Shown here one piece after another: positions 58,858 to 64,000 of a stretch of 64,000 bases of DNA. This DNA comes from Heteronotia binoei (lineage: Eukaryota). Location of the stretch: positions 15,252,001 to 15,316,000 of the forward strand of contig NC_083235.1 in NCBI RefSeq assembly GCF_032191835.1. Reading direction: 5' to 3'. The position numbers were made by a program, and so were the translations under genes. Within the stretch, counting starts at the first letter, position 1; every line of letters begins with the position of its first letter. The notes below the pieces were generated by a model. It saw only the letters and a program-made list of their open reading frames with translations. It was not told the origin of the DNA and made no database searches.

Positions 58858-61254
58858 GTAAGGGGACAAGTGTGTCTTCCCACAGCCTCGCCTGGGAGCT
58901 GCATCCTTGTCTTCCCTATCCCATCCATGAATACATGAACAGATGATGCTGCCTCATACTCAGGGGTCATTTTGTAGAAATTAAGATGTTGGAGCTCATT
59001 AGGATAACTCATTAGCATATGCCGCCCCCAGCCAAAAGCAACCCAGCGCAAGAAAGGAGAGCCCCAGGCGAGCGAGGCCTGCTTGGGCTGGCTAGAGATC
59101 CAGCTAGCCCAAACAGGCCTCACTCGCCTGGGGCTCTCCTGGGCCACCCCCCACTCCAGTCAAAAGGCCAGCAAGCCACCCCAAAATCACATAAGAAATG
59201 GAGAAAGGGTGGCGTGGGCTTCTCCAGGGGTTAATGAAGGCTGCTGGGGGCATGGCAAAGCCCCTGGTGGTTGGCTGGCTGCCTGCTCTCCTAATCCGGG
59301 GATTGTTATGAAGCTGCACCCAGAGCTATTTTTGAGCAGGAATGCACAGGAACGCAGTTCCGGCTGGCTTGGTGTCAGGGTGTGTGTGGCCTAATATGCA
59401 AATGAGTTCCTGCTGGGCTTCTTCTACAATAAAGCCCAGTGTGAAACAATGATGATGTCGGGATGTGTGGCCTAATAATGCGGATGAGTTCCTGCTGAGT
59501 TTTTTCTACAAAAAAAGCCCTGGCTGCACCTACTATTCAATGGACAAGGTAGGTGGGGAGGAGGAGGGAGAACCCTCATAAAGGCTCAGGAGCACAGCTC
59601 CTGCTGAATTCAAGGCCTGCTTATACTAAATCAGACCCTTAGTCCACCAATCTAAATAGGGATGCCAACTGAGGCTAACCAGGGCTGACCCTCCTTAGCA
59701 TCTGAGATCTGATGAGATCTCAGCATCACCAGGGCAGTCCAGGCCAGGGCTAAAATGTGTACATGGTAGAAAGTGCCATCTTGTCTTAGCCAACTTAGAG
59801 TAACCCTGTAAGACAGGGGTATCAAACGTGTGGCCCAGGGGCCGAATCAGGCCCCCAGAGGGTTCCTATCAGGCCCCTGAGCAATTGGCTGTCATCTGCT
59901 TCCTTCTCCCTCTCTCTTGCTTCCTTCTGCATCACATCTTGCTTTGCCAGGCTTGCTCAATCGCACAGAAGAGTTACAGAGCAAAATCTCTATTGTTTCA
60001 ACTGGCTGAGGCTCCTCCCTTGGGGAGGAAGGGGCAGAAGGGAGAGCTTGCTCTGCCAGGTTCTCTCAATCGCACAGCAGAGCTACTGTGCCAAGCCTCT
60101 CTTCCTTCTATTGCCTGAGGCTCCTCCCTCTCATGGTCCCCTGGGGAAAGAAGGAAAGAGCCAGAGCTTCCTTTGCCCCTGGATCCCATGGGAGAGATAC
60201 CAAGAAAGCACCTTTAAGACTAACAAGTGGTAATATTTTAAGCATATTTTCTTTTAAGTTTTTTAAAAAATCTTTAATTGTGTTTGTCTGTGTCCTTTAT
60301 AAAGTTTATCTCTCTGCTACCTGGTATTACATTTTATGACATACATGGCCCGGCCCGAGAAGATCTCATTTATGTCAGTTCCAGCCCTCATAACAAGTGA
60401 ACTTCCTCTGTGGTCTCCCCCCCGCCAAAGTACTAACCAGGCCTGACCTTGCTTAGCTTCCAGAATCTGACGAGATTAGGCCAGCCTAGTGTCACCCTTT
60501 GCCTAAAGACATGATCATTGCTGCCCTGCAGGCCAAGCTGGCCGTGATGCCACAGACAGTAAGATGATTTCACCCAAAGGGTGATGAACACGTGGACTTC
60601 ACTGCCACAGGAGGTGGTGATGGCTGCCAGCATAGACAGATTACCAAGAGGGGGTTGGATAAAGATATGGAGCAGAGGTCCATCAATGGCTATTAGCCAC
60701 AGCGTATTGATGGAACTCTCTGTCTGGGGCAGTGATGCTCTGTATTCTTCATGCTGGGGCAGGCACAGTGTGAGGGCTTCAAGCATCCTGGCCCCACTGG
60801 TGGACCTCTGCTTTTTTGGCACCTGGTTTATTGGCCACTGTGTGACACAGAGTGTTGGACTGGGTGGGCCATTGGTCTGATCCAACATGGCTTCTTGTAT
60901 GTTCTTATAGCTGGGGCAGTGATGCTCTGTATTCTTGGTGCTGTGGTGGGGGGGCAACAGTGGGAGGGCTTCTAGTGTCCTGGCCCCACTGATGGACCTC
61001 CTGATGGTGCCTGGTTTTTTAGCCACTGTGTGACACTGTGTTGGACTGGATGGGCCATTGGTCTGATCCGACATGGCTTCTCTGTTATGTTCTTATGTTA
61101 TGTTCTTATGATTTGGATGAGAAGAGAGATCCGGATATCTAAGGCATACAGGACAGAAAAGGATCAAGTGCAGAGAGAAAGGAATCGGAGACCTAGTGCT
61201 CATTCAGTGGGCATGCCTAAGAGACATTTGTATTTCTCTTTCTTCCTTTCGCAG

Positions 61255-61321
61255 GATGGGCTGGAGAGATCACTGCCGGGGCCGAGATCTGAATTACTGG
61301 ATCAATGCCTGCAATGCGTAA
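61255..61321 (+). CDS. Lysozyme-like last coding exon
   Basis: cctttcgcAG|G ATG GGC TGG AGA GAT CAC TGC...GCG TAA; 67 nt. Confidence 0.94.
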
Positions 61322-61442
61322 GCCCTCAGAATCAGCGATGGGATTTCTTTTCCGGTTCCCAGCCCCAAGCGTGGCACTGACTGCTGCTTCTAGACGTGAC
61401 CCGACAGTCAAACAAACCCAATGGAAGCTGCAAAACTATTTA

Positions 61443-61448
61443 AATAAA
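61443..61448 (+). terminator. Lysozyme-like gene polyadenylation signal AATAAA
   Basis: AATAAA about 120 nt after the stop. Confidence 0.65.
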
Positions 61449-62865
61449 TGAATTCCTTTCTTAGAATTTTTTAAAATGTGCTTTGTTAGGCCTCGGATGG
61501 GGATTCAGGAAGAAAGGGGAAAAGGTCCTGAGAGTAGAGCTGTCCTTTTCTTTTTCTTTTTTGCATCCTCTTTTTTAAATTAAACTTTTAAAAACTATAT
61601 ACAACAAGTGCAGTCCAAAATTCACAATATCTTAACCCTTTAAATCCCCCTTCTCCCCAGACAAAAACCTGTACTAACACATCTATACCATTGTCTTAGG
61701 ACTGGATTTGGACAGGTGAAGTTCAAGAGGCAGATGCAACAAGACAATATGATCAGAATTAAAAGCTGCAAAATAAACTCCCTTCCTAAAGAACACATAC
61801 TGACAAGAGTTCAAAGGAGCTCAACGTAGAGAAAGCATGGAATGCGCAGGGTGAACTAACTTCCCAGAAAAGGAAAGGGGGGAAACAAACAAACAAACAT
61901 ATATACACGATAAAGCCAAAATGCAATAGTAAAGGAGTGTCCCTGCTTTTAGGAAAATATCAGATTATGATAAAATTGGGCAAAATGTCAAGGTGAGAGA
62001 GCTATGTAACAACAGAAAACCATAGCTTCACGAAGGCTTCCTGGGATTTGGGCATGTGTGCTGGAGAACTCTTAAGAGGATATTTTCCCAAAAATAAAAT
62101 AGTCCCAAAGCCGGATTCTCCAGTCATTGACTGAGGGCATCGTGCGGTTCTTCCAATGTTTTGCAAGGGCCAGCCCTTCCTACTGTTGATAATAGTGCAA
62201 ATCTTTCCATTGAGTCTTGACTGACATTTGCTGCCGTATGGAATGTTTGCAAAAGTCATAGGCTGCCATCCTCCAGGTGGCACCTGGAATCTCCCACTTT
62301 TACAGTTGATCTCCAGGAGGGTTTTTGTTTTGTTTTGTAGCAGGAACTCCTTTGCATTCTCCAATCAGCCAAGATCAGTTCCCCTGTAGACAAGGGCTTC
62401 TTTGGAGGGTAGACTCTATGGCAAGGGTGGCCAAACTGTGGCTTGGGAGCCATATTCGGCTGTTTCCCATACATTGTATGGCTCCTGGAGGTTGAGGAGG
62501 AACTTAATGTTTAGCATTTGGACCTCAGTCAGCCTCTGAGTGCTGACCCATAGGCAAGCGACTGTATCTGCCATGTGTGAAGTGGGGAAGGAGGAGGTAA
62601 TAGACAGGCTTGCAAGCTCTACTTCTCCACCACAGAGGTCGCCCAAAGACCTAGAGTGGGGAAAGAGAGTGCAAGAGCTGAGGGAGCCACTGGAAGGAGG
62701 GGTGGAATTAAAGAGGGCGATGCAGGGCTCCCCCTTAGTTTCACAACTCTTGTAGGAGCTGCATTTCTTAATCTTGGTGTCAAGGCAAAGAGATGCATAA
62801 TGATGCAAACAATGGTCAGTGATTTATATGGTACATGTGTGTTTCCTTCTCCCTAATTCCCTAAC

Positions 62866-63905
62866 CTTTGTTTTTGTTTTAAATTTAACAAACTTTATTT
62901 TGGTTTAGGTTATCTCAAACACAGGTTCACTTAAAGTATCAAATCAGGAAGACAAGTATACATAAAAGAAAAAGCAACAAACCATCAGTACAGTGGGTAT
63001 TTTAAGGTTACAAATCTGAAAAGTTACTATTTTCAACGCTTAAAATTAGAAGTATAACTTCTTACTATGTATCATTCTACTTAGAAGAATCTCTAGATCA
63101 GACAGGTAGCTTACTATAGGGTACCAAACAGCAATGAAAAAATTTTCATAGTTTTCTGTTATAGCGGCTTGTGATTGTTCAAAAATCTTTGACATAACGA
63201 AATATTCCCAAAGACGTTGTTGCCATTCCAGAATTGCGGGTGGGGATTTGTTTATCCAGCGTGCAGCTAATGTGGTACGTGCTGCTGAAATTAGAATATG
63301 TATTCTTTCAGTTTTAACTTTGTCTCTTGTAGGGTCTCACCACTTCCTGAGAAGGAAGACTTCAGGTTGTAAAGGTAAGTGAGTATTTGTAATGATAGCT
63401 ATGTTATTATTTGTTTCCAATAAGTTTGTATGTGTTCGCACGACCACCAGGAATGAAAATAGTCACCCTTTTCTCCACATTGCTTTATACAGGTTGGGCT
63501 TATCTCCCTGTTGATATGGTGCAGCTCATTAGAGGGTAAGTACCGTCTCATAATCAATTTATAAGACCGTAGTCTAACCAGAAGGCTTTTAGAAATGTAT
63601 GACGGGGAAGACCAAATATCTTTCCAGTCTCTGGCAGTAAAGTTTTTGTTGCAGTCCAATTGGCATTGAAGTTGGTATTTCAGTGGGGGTTTCTGCCCTG
63701 AGTTAGTTAAGACATTATATAGTCTAGATATAAGTTTGGAGTCTTTGGTAGGTAAATCGTGCAGAACTTTTTCAAATTCTGTTAAGGGTCTGAGTAAGGT
63801 TTTCTGTATTTGGGTTGCTGAAAAAAAAACACCTTCTTATTTGAAAGTAGTGGGGCCAAGACATTTTATAACTAATCTTTTGTTCCAATTTTGTTCCAAT
63901 TTGCC
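62866..63905 (-). mobile_element. Decayed L1/Tx1-clade LINE ORF2 3' fragment
   Basis: Minus frame ..SPTCIKQCGEKGDYFHSWWSCEHIQTYW.. (zinc knuckle) and a polyA-like tail near 62870-62910. Confidence 0.8.
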
Positions 63906-63924
63906 CTTCTCCAATAGTTTTCCT

Positions 63925-64000
63925 TTATGATTAAAGGGCTGGAACACTTTCCCTATGAAGAAAGGTTGAAACGCTTGGGGCTCTTTAGCTTGGAGAAACA
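63925..64000 (+). mobile_element. CR1 fragment running off the window
   Basis: Near-identical to 1098-1170. Confidence 0.8.

Larger units (their letters stand above)
55663..61448 (+). other. c-type lysozyme-like gene, SPACA5/SPACA3-like (147 aa secreted form)
   Basis: MRILPLLPVIACLLVKARG-KIFSRCELVLLLEHSGLEGFQGYSLADWVCLAYFASGFDTDKVTHNSDGSSEYGIFQINSRSWCSDHHSTTKDLCDVSCRDLLTDDISDDIDCIKKAVVDSEGLDAWMGWRDHCRGRDLNYWINACNA*. All 8 lysozyme Cys and the classic 4-exon structure are present. Confidence 0.93.

Overview
This is eukaryotic DNA from a squamate reptile, probably a gecko (inferred from Sauria-, Squam2- and Squam3-type SINEs, a 5S-derived SINE, BovB, CR1, L1/Tx1 and many hAT MITEs). Four spliced protein-coding genes were reconstructed by hand from splice sites and reading phase. 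(1) A CIRBP-like cold-shock RRM gene on the minus strand: non-coding exon 1 at about 7882-7985, coding exons 4742-4844 and 1871-1977, and exon 4 starting at base 6 and running off the window. (2) RBM3, minus strand, complete, 151 aa, CDS 22950-25312, with a TATA promoter near 27.9 kb. (3) PROP1, minus strand, 3 coding exons, 229 aa, 36791-46293. (4) A c-type lysozyme-like gene (SPACA5/SPACA3-like), plus strand, 147 aa, 55663-61321, whose catalytic residues are substituted and which has a candidate upstream in-frame exon at 52427-52499. Much of the remainder is transposon-derived, and there is a 140-N gap at 45706-45845. The most interesting signals are the tandem pair of cold-shock paralogues and a set of sequence-visible splicing-control features around them: a 45-nt motif duplicated in two RBM3 introns, candidate poison exons, a hairpin-caged cassette exon and downstream spliceable exons. 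These regulatory readings are hypotheses from sequence alone. No alignments, folding runs or database searches were performed, and comparisons to human genes are from recall.
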